From: Deltaproteobacteria bacterium
Lineage (GTDB): Bacteria; Myxococcota; Kuafuiibacteriia; Kuafuiibacteriales; Kuafuiibacteriaceae
Length of the DNA: 64,000 nucleotides
Direction: 5' to 3'
Assembly: GCA_040218735.1 (NCBI GenBank)
Contig: JAVJQW010000012.1
Coordinates: forward strand, 64,001 to 128,000
The translations under genes and the position numbers were made by a program. Positions 9,959 to 19,022 of this stretch are shown here, piece after piece. The notes beneath the pieces are model-generated. The model was not told the DNA's origin. It did not search any database and saw nothing but the letters and a program-made list of their open reading frames with translations. The first letter of the stretch is position 1. Each line of letters begins with the position of its first letter.

Positions 9959-10272
9959 CGCGCGAGGTGCGGCCCGAGTCGGCCGGTCCACATCAGCGCC
10001 CACATCTTGAAGTCGGCGATCAGCGACCACAGCGGATACTTGAACGTCGCGGGACGGTTCTTCTCCACGAAGAAGTGCGACACCCAGGCAAACGCGTACC
10101 CGGGGACGAGCGCCGCGGCGAGCAGCCACAGCGGCCCTGCGGTGACCGCGGTGACCACGATCGCGACCGCGATGTTGGTCCCGACCCAGTGCATCCACCG
10201 GGTGACGGGTTTGCTGTGCTCTTGGAGGTAGTACGGCCAGAAGGCCTCGAAGGACTGCAGGCGATCGCTCAT
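9943..10272 (-). CDS. DUF962/Mpo1-like membrane protein
   Basis: SFEAFWPYYLQEHS..TRWMHWVG, GYAFAWVSHFFVEKNRPATFKYPLWSL. Confidence 0.88.
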   Translation of the reverse strand: MSDRLQSFEAFWPYYLQEHSKPVTRWMHWVGTNIAVAIVVTAVTAGPLWLLAAALVPGYAFAWVSHFFVEKNRPATFKYPLWSLIADFKMWALMWTGRLGPHLARYAVA

Positions 10273-10337
10273 CGCCGTGAGCGTGCCGTGTCGGATTTGG
10301 GCTCGCCATCGGTCGACCATCGCGCGATTTTCCCGGC

Positions 10338-11453
10338 GTGGGGTTGCTCGATGCGATTCGTCGGACGCGCGCGCCGGGGCGCTCGGCGCACGACCTCGGA
10401 CCGCCCGTCGACGTCCGGGGAAAACGCGTCCTCGTCGTGTACCTCTTCCGCGCGTTGGGCGACGCCGTGCTGGTCGCACCGGCGGTCCAGGCGCTGTTCG
10501 ACGCGGGCGCGGAGTCGGTCGACGTGGTCGTGCAGAAGGGCCCTGCGCGCGTCCTGAAGTACGTCGCGTTGCCCTGGAAGCTGCACCCGCTCCCCGAGGC
10601 GCTCGACCTCCCGGCGGAGGACCCGAAGGACAAGAAGTCGCCGTGGCGCGCGCCCGACGTCCGCGAGGCCGCGGAGAAGCTGGAGAAGAGGCTCGCGCGC
10701 CGAAAGTTCGACGTCGCGATCGACCTCACCGCGCGCGCCGACGTCGACGGGCGCCGGTGGGTGAAGGCGTCCGGCGCCGAGCACCGACTCGGGTGGATCG
10801 TCGACGGCGAGACCGCGGAGCAAGTCGGGTTGACGTTCGGGACGAAGGACGTGCGCTTCCAGACGGATCGGCACTGGTCGAAGTTCCAGGTCCTCCCGAT
10901 GCGCTGCCTCGGGGTACATCGGCCGGCGTTCGAGCTCGGCTTCGAGCTCCCGGACAAGGCGTTGGCGAAGGCCGACGAGCTGTGGGGCGCGGGTCCGCGC
11001 GTGGTGATCGTCCCGGGGTCGCGTCAGGAGGAGCGCCGGTGGCGACCGGAGTGTTTCGCGCGCGTGGGGCGCTGGGTGACGGAGCGCGGCGGCTCGGTCG
11101 TGGTCTGCGGCTCACCCGACGAACGCAAGCTGGTGCGTTCGGTGCAGCGTTTGATCGGCGACGGCGCAGAGATCTACGCGAATCAGGATCTAGGCGCGCT
11201 CCTCGCGCTGCTCGAGTCGGCGGATGCGGTGGTCACGAACGATACGGGCCCGATGCACTTCGCCTTCCTGATGCAGCGGCCGACGCTCGCGATCTTCACG
11301 TACATGTCGCCGCTCGTCTGGGGGCCTCCGGTTCAGGACCCGCGCTACGTGGTGATGACCGCGCAGGCGCGCACGGAGACGACCGCCGCCGACGAAATCC
11401 AGGCGCGCGCCGCCGTTCACTACCTGGAGGGGCTCCTCGAGTGTGCACGCTGA
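10338..11453 (+). CDS. Glycosyltransferase family 9 (heptosyltransferase-like)
   Basis: RALGDAVL, PGSRQEERRW and VTNDTGPMHFA. Confidence 0.85.
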   Translation: MGLLDAIRRTRAPGRSAHDLGPPVDVRGKRVLVVYLFRALGDAVLVAPAVQALFDAGAESVDVVVQKGPARVLKYVALPWKLHPLPEALDLPAEDPKDKKSPWRAPDVREAAEKLEKRLARRKFDVAIDLTARADVDGRRWVKASGAEHRLGWIVDGETAEQVGLTFGTKDVRFQTDRHWSKFQVLPMRCLGVHRPAFELGFELPDKALAKADELWGAGPRVVIVPGSRQEERRWRPECFARVGRWVTERGGSVVVCGSPDERKLVRSVQRLIGDGAEIYANQDLGALLALLESADAVVTNDTGPMHFAFLMQRPTLAIFTYMSPLVWGPPVQDPRYVVMTAQARTETTAADEIQARAAVHYLEGLLECAR

Positions 11454-12157
11454 TCGTCTTCTTCCGCGCGTACGACGACGCCCCGCTGATCGTCGCCGCC
11501 AACCGCGACGAACGCCTCGACCGCCCCGCGCGCCCGCCGTTCGCTTGGGAGGGTGAAGACTTCGTCGCGCCCCGCGACGAGGTCGCGCTCGGCACATGGA
11601 TGGGCGTCAATCGGAGCGGCGTCTTCGTGGGGATCACGAACCGTCACCAGGCCTTCGTCGACGCGCAGCGCCCGAGCCGCGGCCGCCTCGTGGTGGAGGC
11701 GCTCCGGCAGGGGAGCGCGCGCGATGCGTTCGAGAGGATGCGGCAGTACGACGGTGGTGACGAGAACGGCTTTCACCTCGTCATGGCGGACTCGGAGGCA
11801 GCGTACCTCGTGTGGGGCGACGGGGAGCGCACGCACGAAGCGGAGCTGGAGCCTGGCGTTCACGTCGTCACGGAGCGGAGCTTCGACGCAGCACCGACGG
11901 AGCGGGAGCCGCGAATTAGGGCGCGCGTGGAGGCGATGACGGAGGCACCGGGGGACGAGGCGCTGGTTCGGTTGCTGACGCTGCAGGAGGACGGCGGCGG
12001 GTTCGACGACGTGACGGTGCACGTGCCGGACTTCAACTATGGAACGCGATCGGCTTCGATCGTGCGGCTGGGCGCGGAGCCGGTGTTCCGGCACGCCGCG
12101 GGGCCGCCGACGACGACGGGGTTCGAGGATTTCTCGCAGCTGCTGAGGCGCCGGTAG
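11441..12157 (+). CDS. NRDE/TANGO2 family protein
   Basis: Starts (V/M)CTL, followed by AANRDERLDRP, GTWMGVN, SRGRLV and YGTRS. Confidence 0.88.
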   Translation: MCTLIVFFRAYDDAPLIVAANRDERLDRPARPPFAWEGEDFVAPRDEVALGTWMGVNRSGVFVGITNRHQAFVDAQRPSRGRLVVEALRQGSARDAFERMRQYDGGDENGFHLVMADSEAAYLVWGDGERTHEAELEPGVHVVTERSFDAAPTEREPRIRARVEAMTEAPGDEALVRLLTLQEDGGGFDDVTVHVPDFNYGTRSASIVRLGAEPVFRHAAGPPTTTGFEDFSQLLRRR

Positions 12158-12279
12158 CGTTCGATGGGCGGGGTCTATGCGGGCGGTGTGGGATCGGGCG
12201 CCTCGCGCTTCGGAGGGTCCCGCATTCTGAACACGGGCCCCACACCCGAACACGGGGTGCGAAATCCTCTGAAGTAGCT

Positions 12280-12470
12280 CCATCCGGTCGAAGCTCCCCT
12301 CGCGGTCCCTAGCTAGGTACGCGCTTCGGAACGCCTCCGCGCACGGTCTCGAGCGTCTTCTTGTATCGCGCCGGTGCTCGAATCACTCGCCTGCTTCGCA
12401 GTCGTGTCGTGCTTCTCGTAGCCGAGGTGCGACGTGGACTCGCCCGCCAGCGCGCGCTCGACCTGCGGCG
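12280..12470 (-). pseudogene. Degraded IS256-family transposase N-terminal fragment
   Basis: The minus strand reads QVERALAGESTSHLGYEKHD, then after frameshifts RYKKTLETVRG and RDREGSFD. These are collinear with the IS256 pattern VERALxxELxxHLGYEKH...KT...VPRDRxGSFEP. Boundaries approximate. Confidence 0.7.
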
Positions 12471-13387
12471 CCCGTCTGGATCCCGATCGTCCGACCAGGG
12501 CGTTACGAAGTCTTCTGAACTATCTCATCCGGGAAACGCGAAGTTCCCCAGAAGCGCGCCGTGCACGCCAGGGTCCGCACGGACATCACGGCGTCGGCCC
12601 CACGCCCGACGCCGACATCAAGTCACCGCGAGGGCGTCTGGGGTGCGCGTCGTACGAACGCGGCGTGTGCCCGATCGAGCTCCTCGTGAACGTCGACCAA
12701 TCCCGGTAGCGCCCCGAACCCCACCACAACACCCGGAAGCTGAGCCACCGAAACTTCGATTTCGGTCCGGAGACACACCAATGCCGCCCCTCCCTCCAAC
12801 TCGTCGACATCCAGCCCCCTTCTGCGACCAATCCCACCCACTCGCGCCCCACGCCTAACAACCCCACGAGGGACCCCAGTAGCCCACTGCTGATGCCGTC
12901 CGTGCAACGGCGGTCGAGGAAGCTCGGCCGTGACCACATCGATCGCTGGCTGGTGAGCGGAGAGGCTCGGGGCGTTGGCCGTGCGCCGTAACGATGGCCG
13001 TGCTGGTCGCGGTGCGAGGAGGCGCGCCGACTCGCGTGTACGCCGTGTCATTTCTCGGCCGTGGCCCTTGGGTCCGGGCGAGCGCGGGCGCGCGAGGTTT
13101 GCGGTGCAGAGCTCGCTCGAAAGGACCGCCTTTGGTGGGCGTTTGGCTTGGCTGCGTTTCTCGTGGTGTTGCAAGTTGTGTTGACGCGGCGCTCGTAGGC
13201 GCGACGCGGTGTCGAAGGGACGGACTGGGGATCGAGCTTGGTCAGCGCGCGGCACCACCGCCCAACCTTGGAGCCACCTGAGTCGTGACCCCAGAGCGCG
13301 TTTGGATGACGGTCGTCGCCAAGCCGACCGCTCGACGTGATCGCCTCGCTTCCGAAGCCCTCGGCCGCGCGGACCGCCTGCCGCGGC

Positions 13388-13443
13388 CGCTCCGACAAAT
13401 CACGCTCGCTCAATAAGTCGCGCCCGCTCCAATAAGTCGCGCC
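13388..13443. repeat. Three imperfect 18-19 bp tandem repeats upstream of the Y1 transposase
   Basis: CGCTCCGACAAATCACGCT / CGCTCAATAAGTCGCGCC / CGCTCCAATAAGTCGCGCC. Confidence 0.7.
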
Positions 13444-13475
13444 CCCTCATTCGGACGCAGGCTGCAACGAACTGC

Positions 13476-13504
13476 TTGCCAACCGGGGATACAATTGTTA
13501 GCCT
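13476..13504 (+). promoter_or_regulatory. Candidate sigma70 promoter of the Y1 transposase
   Basis: TTGCCA-N17-TAGCCT with a TGn extended -10. ATG at 13513 implies a near-leaderless transcript. Palindrome ACAATTGT lies in the spacer. Confidence 0.45.
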
Positions 13505-13512
13505 TATTCAAG

Positions 13513-14199
13513 ATGCAAGGCGTCCTTCATTTCCCCTTCCGACACGGCGGTGCTCGGAAGAACGCGGGTCGTAAGAAGGGCAAGGGGCGCCGCAACGTCG
13601 AGCACCGGCGGCGCGAGTCGATCCCCAAGAGTGCTCCGGTGCACGTGACGCTTCGGGTGTCGCGGGTCGTCGGGAACCTTCGAAGCAAGCGGCGGTTTCA
13701 GCCGATCAAGCGGGCGCTACGGGACGGCGCCGAACGCTTCGAGTGCCGCCTCGTGCACTTCTCCGTGCAGAAGAATCACCTGCACCTCCTGGTGGAGCCC
13801 CGAGACCGACGGTCACTCATGCGCGCGATGAAAGGACTTCAGGTTCGCTTGGCGCGTCGCCTGAACACCGCGCTGAAGCGCCGCGGGCAGGTCTTCTCGG
13901 ACCGCTATCACGCACACGTGCTGCGAACGCCTCGCGAGGCGCGCCACGCCATCGCTTACGTGCTGCTCAACGCGCGCAAACACGCCGCGCAAGGTGGCCA
14001 TACGCTCCCGAAGCGCTGGATCGATCCCTACTCGTCCGCGCGCTGGTTCGACCGGTTCGAGAACGGCGGAGCACGCTCGACGGACGAAGTCCGCATCGGC
14101 GGTCCGCCGCGCGTATGGCTGCTCCGGAGAGGGTGGCGCGACGCCGGACCGATCTACGTCGACGAAGTGCCCGACCGGCGCGCTCGCGGGCGCCCGTAG
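13513..14199 (+). mobile_element. HUH Y1 transposase, REP-associated tyrosine transposase (RAYT)-like
   Basis: PVHVTLR, HUH motif in FSVQKNHLHLLVE, GQVFSDRYH, catalytic Tyr helix AIAYVLLNARKH and DPYSS. No adjacent tnpB. Confidence 0.85.
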
Positions 14200-14341
14200 G
14201 TCGTCGGCCGGTAGCCGAACGACGCGAAGCCCCCAGAACCGCCGACACGGCGCGCGCGCGGGCGTCGGTGGGCCGTTGATGACGCGAAGCCCTCAGAACC
14301 GCCGACACGGCGCGGGCGCGGGCGTCCGTAGGCCGTTGGCC
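14171..14341. repeat. REP-like hairpin and ~60-bp tandem repeats downstream of the RAYT
   Basis: 14221-14280 and 14281-14340 are near-identical (GACGCGAAGCCCYCAGAACCGCCGACACGGCGCGSGCGCGGGCGTCSGTRGGCCGTTG). A partial third copy overlaps the gene end. GTAG (14196-14199) is followed by the hairpin GTCGTCGGC-CGGTA-GCCGAACGAC. Confidence 0.75.
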
Positions 14342-14451
14342 CCGTCGCGCGAAGCTGGGGTCCCCGCTGCCACGACTTCGCCACATCTCGGGAACCAGAT
14401 CGCCTCCCCCCACCAACACCAACCCCACACGCGCCCACCATCCTGGACAGC

Positions 14452-15882
14452 GTGGGAGCCCCCTCGAAGACCACCGCCGCGAACCTCGCGACGCTCGCGC
14501 TCTGGTTCACCGCCTTCTCGCGGCCCCTCGCCTGGTGGGGCCGACGACTGGCCGGCGAGCCCTTTCAACTGCTCCTCGCGGTGATCGCCGCCGGGCTCCT
14601 CGGCCGGCTCGCGTACCGACACCGCGCCGCGATCGTCGCTCGCCTCGCCGCGCCCCCTACGCTCGCGCCGCTCCCGCTCGCGATGGTACTCGTCGCCGCG
14701 CCCGCGTTCCTCGCCGCGGAGCGGTGGCTCGACGTCAGCATCCTCTCCGCGTCGCTCTTCTCGCTCGGCACCTACGGGCTCTTCGGCCTGTACGCGTCCG
14801 AGACCACCTGGCGCCGCGGCGCCCCCGTCGCGCTGCTGCTGATGGGCCTGCTCCCCGTCGGCGCGCACCTCGACGCGTACGGCGGCTTCGTCCTCCGCGC
14901 GCTGAGCGCCGACGTCGCCTCCTCCCTCCTCGACGCGCTCGGCGTCCAACACGTGTCGAGCGAGACGATCCTCGTCCTCGAAAACGGCGTCGCCCACGTC
15001 GACATCCCGTGCAGCGGCATCCGCGGCCTGTGGACGGGCGCCCTCTTCTTCCTCGTCGCGACGATCCTCGCGCGCCGTGAGCTCGGCGTTCGCTTCGTCC
15101 TCGTCGGCGCACTTCACGCCGCCGCGATCGTCGCCGCCAACATCATCCGCGTCACCGCCATCACCCTGATCGCTGTCGAAGCCGACCTCCCCCGCGTCGC
15201 CTCGATCGTGCACGAACCACTCGGGCTCCTCGGCTTCATGCTCGCCGGCGCGATGAGCTGGGCGCTCCTCCGCGGTGCCCCCGCTCGGAACGCGCCACGT
15301 GCGCTCCCCCGCACCGCGCGCGTGCGCTGGGTCGTCGCCCTCACCGCGCTCCTCACGCTCGTCCTCCACAGCCCGCGACCGAAGGCCGCCACCGACGTCG
15401 CCCACGCGGCGATCGTCGCGCCCGCCGCGCTGAGGCCACACGCGCTCGCGCTCACCGCGGAGGAGATCGATCTGTTCTCCCGCTTCGGCGCTTCGGGCGC
15501 CGCCAAGTACGTCGGCGTCCTCGACGAACATCCGATCGAGCTGGTCCTCGTCGACAGCACCGCGTGGCGCGCGCACCACCCGCCCGAGCTGTGCCTCGCC
15601 GCGAGCGGTCACCGCATCCAGCGCATCGAAGACGTCGTCGTCGACGACCAACGCCGTTTCCGGCTCGCCAAGATCGAAGGGGATCGCGACGCGATCTTCT
15701 GGTTCCAGTCCGCGCACCGCACCACCGGACGCGCCCTCGACCGCATCTTCTCCGGGGTCTTCGATCGCGGCCGACGCTGGGTGCTCGTCAGCACTCTCGT
15801 CGACGACGACGCCGACCCCCGCGCCGTCTTCGAAGTCATCGCCAACGACCTGGCCGCCCAGATCGAAAGGAATTCGCCATGA
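14452..15882 (+). CDS. Exosortase (exosortase O-like) with a C-terminal EpsI-like domain
   Basis: Multi-TM protein with the catalytic Cys in VDIPCSGIRGL, Arg in ANIIRV and His in IVHEPLG. C-terminal WRAHHPPELCL and FWFQS. Confidence 0.85.
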   Translation: MGAPSKTTAANLATLALWFTAFSRPLAWWGRRLAGEPFQLLLAVIAAGLLGRLAYRHRAAIVARLAAPPTLAPLPLAMVLVAAPAFLAAERWLDVSILSASLFSLGTYGLFGLYASETTWRRGAPVALLLMGLLPVGAHLDAYGGFVLRALSADVASSLLDALGVQHVSSETILVLENGVAHVDIPCSGIRGLWTGALFFLVATILARRELGVRFVLVGALHAAAIVAANIIRVTAITLIAVEADLPRVASIVHEPLGLLGFMLAGAMSWALLRGAPARNAPRALPRTARVRWVVALTALLTLVLHSPRPKAATDVAHAAIVAPAALRPHALALTAEEIDLFSRFGASGAAKYVGVLDEHPIELVLVDSTAWRAHHPPELCLAASGHRIQRIEDVVVDDQRRFRLAKIEGDRDAIFWFQSAHRTTGRALDRIFSGVFDRGRRWVLVSTLVDDDADPRAVFEVIANDLAAQIERNSP

Positions 15883-18632
15883 GTCTGTCCGTCGTCCGCG
15901 GGCTTTCGCGCCCGCTCTACCACTTCGTCTTCTGGACCTGGAACGTGCTGCTCGGGACCGTCGTGTACTTCGGCCTCGTCCCCGCGCTGTTCACCGACTC
16001 GTTCCTCCGCGACGTCGCCGACTGGCCGGGGAGCTTCCTCGCCTTCCTCGCGCTGCTCGTGCTCGCGCCCATCACCGCGCTGACCATCGGCATCTTCCGA
16101 CTCCGCAAGGACGCCACGAAGCTCATTCGCCTGTTCTACGGCGTCGAAGCCCCGCTGTTCGTCCTCGCGCTGATCCGCATCTTCGCGTTCCGGCAACTCA
16201 CCCCCGCGACCGGGTGGCTGTTCGGCGCGCTCGTCCTCGGCGCGATCGCCCACGGCGTGCTGCTGCTCGTCGGCCCGGAGCGCCGCATCACGCGCGACGC
16301 GCTCCTCGTCGGCCAGACCGCGGGCGTGCTCATCGCCGCCTACGTCGCCGTGGTGCTGATGTTCTTCGTCGCCCCGGCGACCGTCGAGATCTGCCGCTCG
16401 CTCTTCGAGGGCGGGTTCATCCGCGACCTCGTGTTCGCGCGCTCGTTCCTCGCTCTCGTCGGCGCGATGCTCTTCATGTTCTCGGCGACGCTCTTCGTCG
16501 CCCTCCCGTTCGCGTTCATCCTCAGCCACATCGCCGGACTCAAGGAGCTCGTGCGCGCCGCCATCCTCGACGGCCGGGGCGTCCGCGCGCTGGTGACCGT
16601 CGCCCTCACGACCGTCCTCGGTGGCGGCATCACGACCTACCTCGTCGACGAGGGCGCCAAGACCCCCGAGACCCTCACGCGGCTCGCCGAGCTGCCCACC
16701 TCCGATGCCGAGCGCCGCGACCGCCTCGACGACGCTGCCACGATCCGCGACCGCCTCGTCGACGCGCACCTGTGGCGCTACCGCTACCTCGCTGCCAACG
16801 GCGAGGTCCGCGAGATCCGTCGCATGTACGAAGACACGCTCCCGTACGGCGCACGGCACCTCGCCCCCGACGTCCAGGCCGCCTTCGAAGACGTCGTCTC
16901 GCCCTTCCTCTACCCCGGCACCCGCGACGACGTCCGCGACGCCGAGCTTCGCTACGCCGAGTTCTTCGACGAGTCGATCCAACGCGGCGCCCGCGCCCAG
17001 CTCAAGGACGCGGTGAACGCGACCTTCGAGCGGGTCGACGTCGCCGCGAATCTCCTCGACGTCGACGAACGCGCCGTCCACCTCGTCGAGCAAACCATCA
17101 CCGTGAACCCCGACGACTTCGCCGCGGACGTGGAGATCTTCGAAGTCTACGAGAACCGCACCAAGCAGGACGTCGAGATCCTCTACACCTTCACGCTCCC
17201 CGACACCGCCGTCATCACCGGCCTCTGGCTCAACGAGCTGGCGCCCGACAAGGACAACGCCTTTGCCTTCCGCGTCTCCCCGCGCGGCGCCGCGCAGCGC
17301 GTCTACGAAGCCGAAGTGCGACGCCGCGTCGACCCCGCGCTCCTCGAACAGATCGGCCCTCGCCAGTATCGGCTCCGCGTCTTCCCGATCCCCGCGAGCC
17401 GCGACGAGCCTCGCCGCATGCACCTGTGGCTGACCTACCGCACGCTCCCCACCAACGACGGCTGGCCGCTCCCGCAGCTCCTCGAAGCGCGCAACGTCTT
17501 CTGGGACGACGACACCAAGCGCACCGTCGCGGGCGAACAGACGGACGGCGAGTACGCCTGGAGCAGCACGACCATCGAGATGGACGTGCCCGAACCACGT
17601 CGTCGCGTGTTCGCGGTGGGCGACGCGCAGATCGTCGCGACGCCCCTCGACGGCGACGTCGGCCTCCCGCGCGGCGGTCGAAACTACGCGGTCGTCCTCG
17701 ATCGCTCCTACTCCATGCACGAGGTCGAGGACGAGCTCGACGACGCCTTCGCTTGGCTGCGGGAGAACGTCTACCCGCGTTCGAACGTCGACGTGTACCT
17801 CACCGCGGCGCCCACCCGCGGCGCTCCGGCGCAGCGCGTGGACGACGCGACGAGCTACGACGTCACGTCCGAGATCTTCTACGGCGGCCAGTCGACGACC
17901 TCGATGATGCAGCAGGCGATCGAGCTCGCGGAGGACGCCGACATCGCGTGCCCGTTCGGCAAGACCGGCATCGACTGCTACGACGCCGTCCTCTTCTTCA
18001 CCGACCGCGGCCGGATGGAGATGGAGAGCGGCGGCGCCCTCGCCTACGACGGCGACGCACCGCTCTGGATGATCCACCTCGGCGGCACCGTCGCCGTCGG
18101 CTACGACGACGCCGTCACCGAGGCGATGCAGAAGAGCGCCGGCGGCGTCGCCACGACCCCGGCCGAGGCCTTCGCACACTTCGCGCTCGCCGAGCAGACG
18201 AGCGAAGCCTTCATCGGCTTCGGGGGCGGCTACCGGTGGACCCTCGAGAACGGCACCGGCGGTGCGACCGACCCGATCGCCGCGCGCCAGTTCGTCCGGG
18301 CGGCGATCCAGACGCAGGATGTCTCAGATCGTGACGTGCTCCAGCGTATCCACAGCGTGGCGACGCGCGCGAAGATCGTCACGCCGTACTCGTCGATGAT
18401 CGTCTTGGTCATGGACCGGCAGCACCAGGCGCTCGACATCGCCGAGAATCAGGCCGATGCGTTCGATCGGCGCACGAACACGGACGGCACCGCCCTCCCG
18501 CAACCGGGGGACGCCCTCGGGCTCACCGGAACGCCGGAGCCCGAAGTGTGGGCGCTCCTCCTGATGGGCCTGATGATGCTGTTCGTGATGCACCGGCGGT
18601 CCCTCAACTTCGGAGTACGCGATCCGAATTAG
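15879..18632 (+). CDS. PEP-CTERM integral membrane protein with VIT and vWA-like domains
   Basis: About 8 N-terminal TMs. VIT-like region EILYTFTLPDTAVITGLWL...PRGAAQRVYEAEVRRRVDPALLEQIGPRQYRLRVFP. vWA-like VVLDRSYSM. C-terminal TPEPEVW + TM + HRR. ATG overlaps the exosortase stop. Confidence 0.88.
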   Translation: MSLSVVRGLSRPLYHFVFWTWNVLLGTVVYFGLVPALFTDSFLRDVADWPGSFLAFLALLVLAPITALTIGIFRLRKDATKLIRLFYGVEAPLFVLALIRIFAFRQLTPATGWLFGALVLGAIAHGVLLLVGPERRITRDALLVGQTAGVLIAAYVAVVLMFFVAPATVEICRSLFEGGFIRDLVFARSFLALVGAMLFMFSATLFVALPFAFILSHIAGLKELVRAAILDGRGVRALVTVALTTVLGGGITTYLVDEGAKTPETLTRLAELPTSDAERRDRLDDAATIRDRLVDAHLWRYRYLAANGEVREIRRMYEDTLPYGARHLAPDVQAAFEDVVSPFLYPGTRDDVRDAELRYAEFFDESIQRGARAQLKDAVNATFERVDVAANLLDVDERAVHLVEQTITVNPDDFAADVEIFEVYENRTKQDVEILYTFTLPDTAVITGLWLNELAPDKDNAFAFRVSPRGAAQRVYEAEVRRRVDPALLEQIGPRQYRLRVFPIPASRDEPRRMHLWLTYRTLPTNDGWPLPQLLEARNVFWDDDTKRTVAGEQTDGEYAWSSTTIEMDVPEPRRRVFAVGDAQIVATPLDGDVGLPRGGRNYAVVLDRSYSMHEVEDELDDAFAWLRENVYPRSNVDVYLTAAPTRGAPAQRVDDATSYDVTSEIFYGGQSTTSMMQQAIELAEDADIACPFGKTGIDCYDAVLFFTDRGRMEMESGGALAYDGDAPLWMIHLGGTVAVGYDDAVTEAMQKSAGGVATTPAEAFAHFALAEQTSEAFIGFGGGYRWTLENGTGGATDPIAARQFVRAAIQTQDVSDRDVLQRIHSVATRAKIVTPYSSMIVLVMDRQHQALDIAENQADAFDRRTNTDGTALPQPGDALGLTGTPEPEVWALLLMGLMMLFVMHRRSLNFGVRDPN

Positions 18633-18640
18633 AGGAGACG

Positions 18641-18991
18641 ATGGAAGTACCCGTGCTCGACCGCGCCCGGCTCGAAGACGCCTCCGCCGGCGACGAGGAG
18701 TTCCTCCGAGAGCTCGTCGACATCTACGTCGAGGACGCCGAAGAGCGCCTCGCGGAGATCAAGGAGGCGCTGATCAGCGCCGACGAGGAGGCGCTCGGAC
18801 GCACCGCCCACCAGCTGAAGGGTTCGAGCGCAAACATGGGCGTCGTGTGCGTCGCGGACCACGCGAAGAAGATGGAGGACCTCGCCCGCGAGCACGCGAT
18901 CGCCGACGCCGCGGAGATCCTCCCGAGCCTCGAGCACGAGCTCGGACGCGCCCGCGCCGCCCTGTTCGAAATGGCCGGCACCTCCGTTTGA
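18641..18991 (+). CDS. Stand-alone Hpt (histidine phosphotransfer) protein
   Basis: GDEEFLRELVDIY and AHQLKGSSANMG. GAGGAG RBS. Confidence 0.9.
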   Translation: MEVPVLDRARLEDASAGDEEFLRELVDIYVEDAEERLAEIKEALISADEEALGRTAHQLKGSSANMGVVCVADHAKKMEDLAREHAIADAAEILPSLEHELGRARAALFEMAGTSV

Positions 18992-19022
18992 CCTGTCGCC
19001 CGACGCCCTCGATCATCACGCG

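Noticed and set aside
12361-13413. Short ORFs in the 12.2-13.5 kb gap (12361-12858, 12586-12939, 12623-13258 and others) as genes or RiPP precursors
   Set aside because: They lack RBSs, have atypical codon patterns and show no motifs. Part of the region is better explained as an IS256 relic.
14221-14340. Possible CRISPR array
   Set aside because: Only about 2.5 contiguous units with no unique spacers, and no cas genes in the window.
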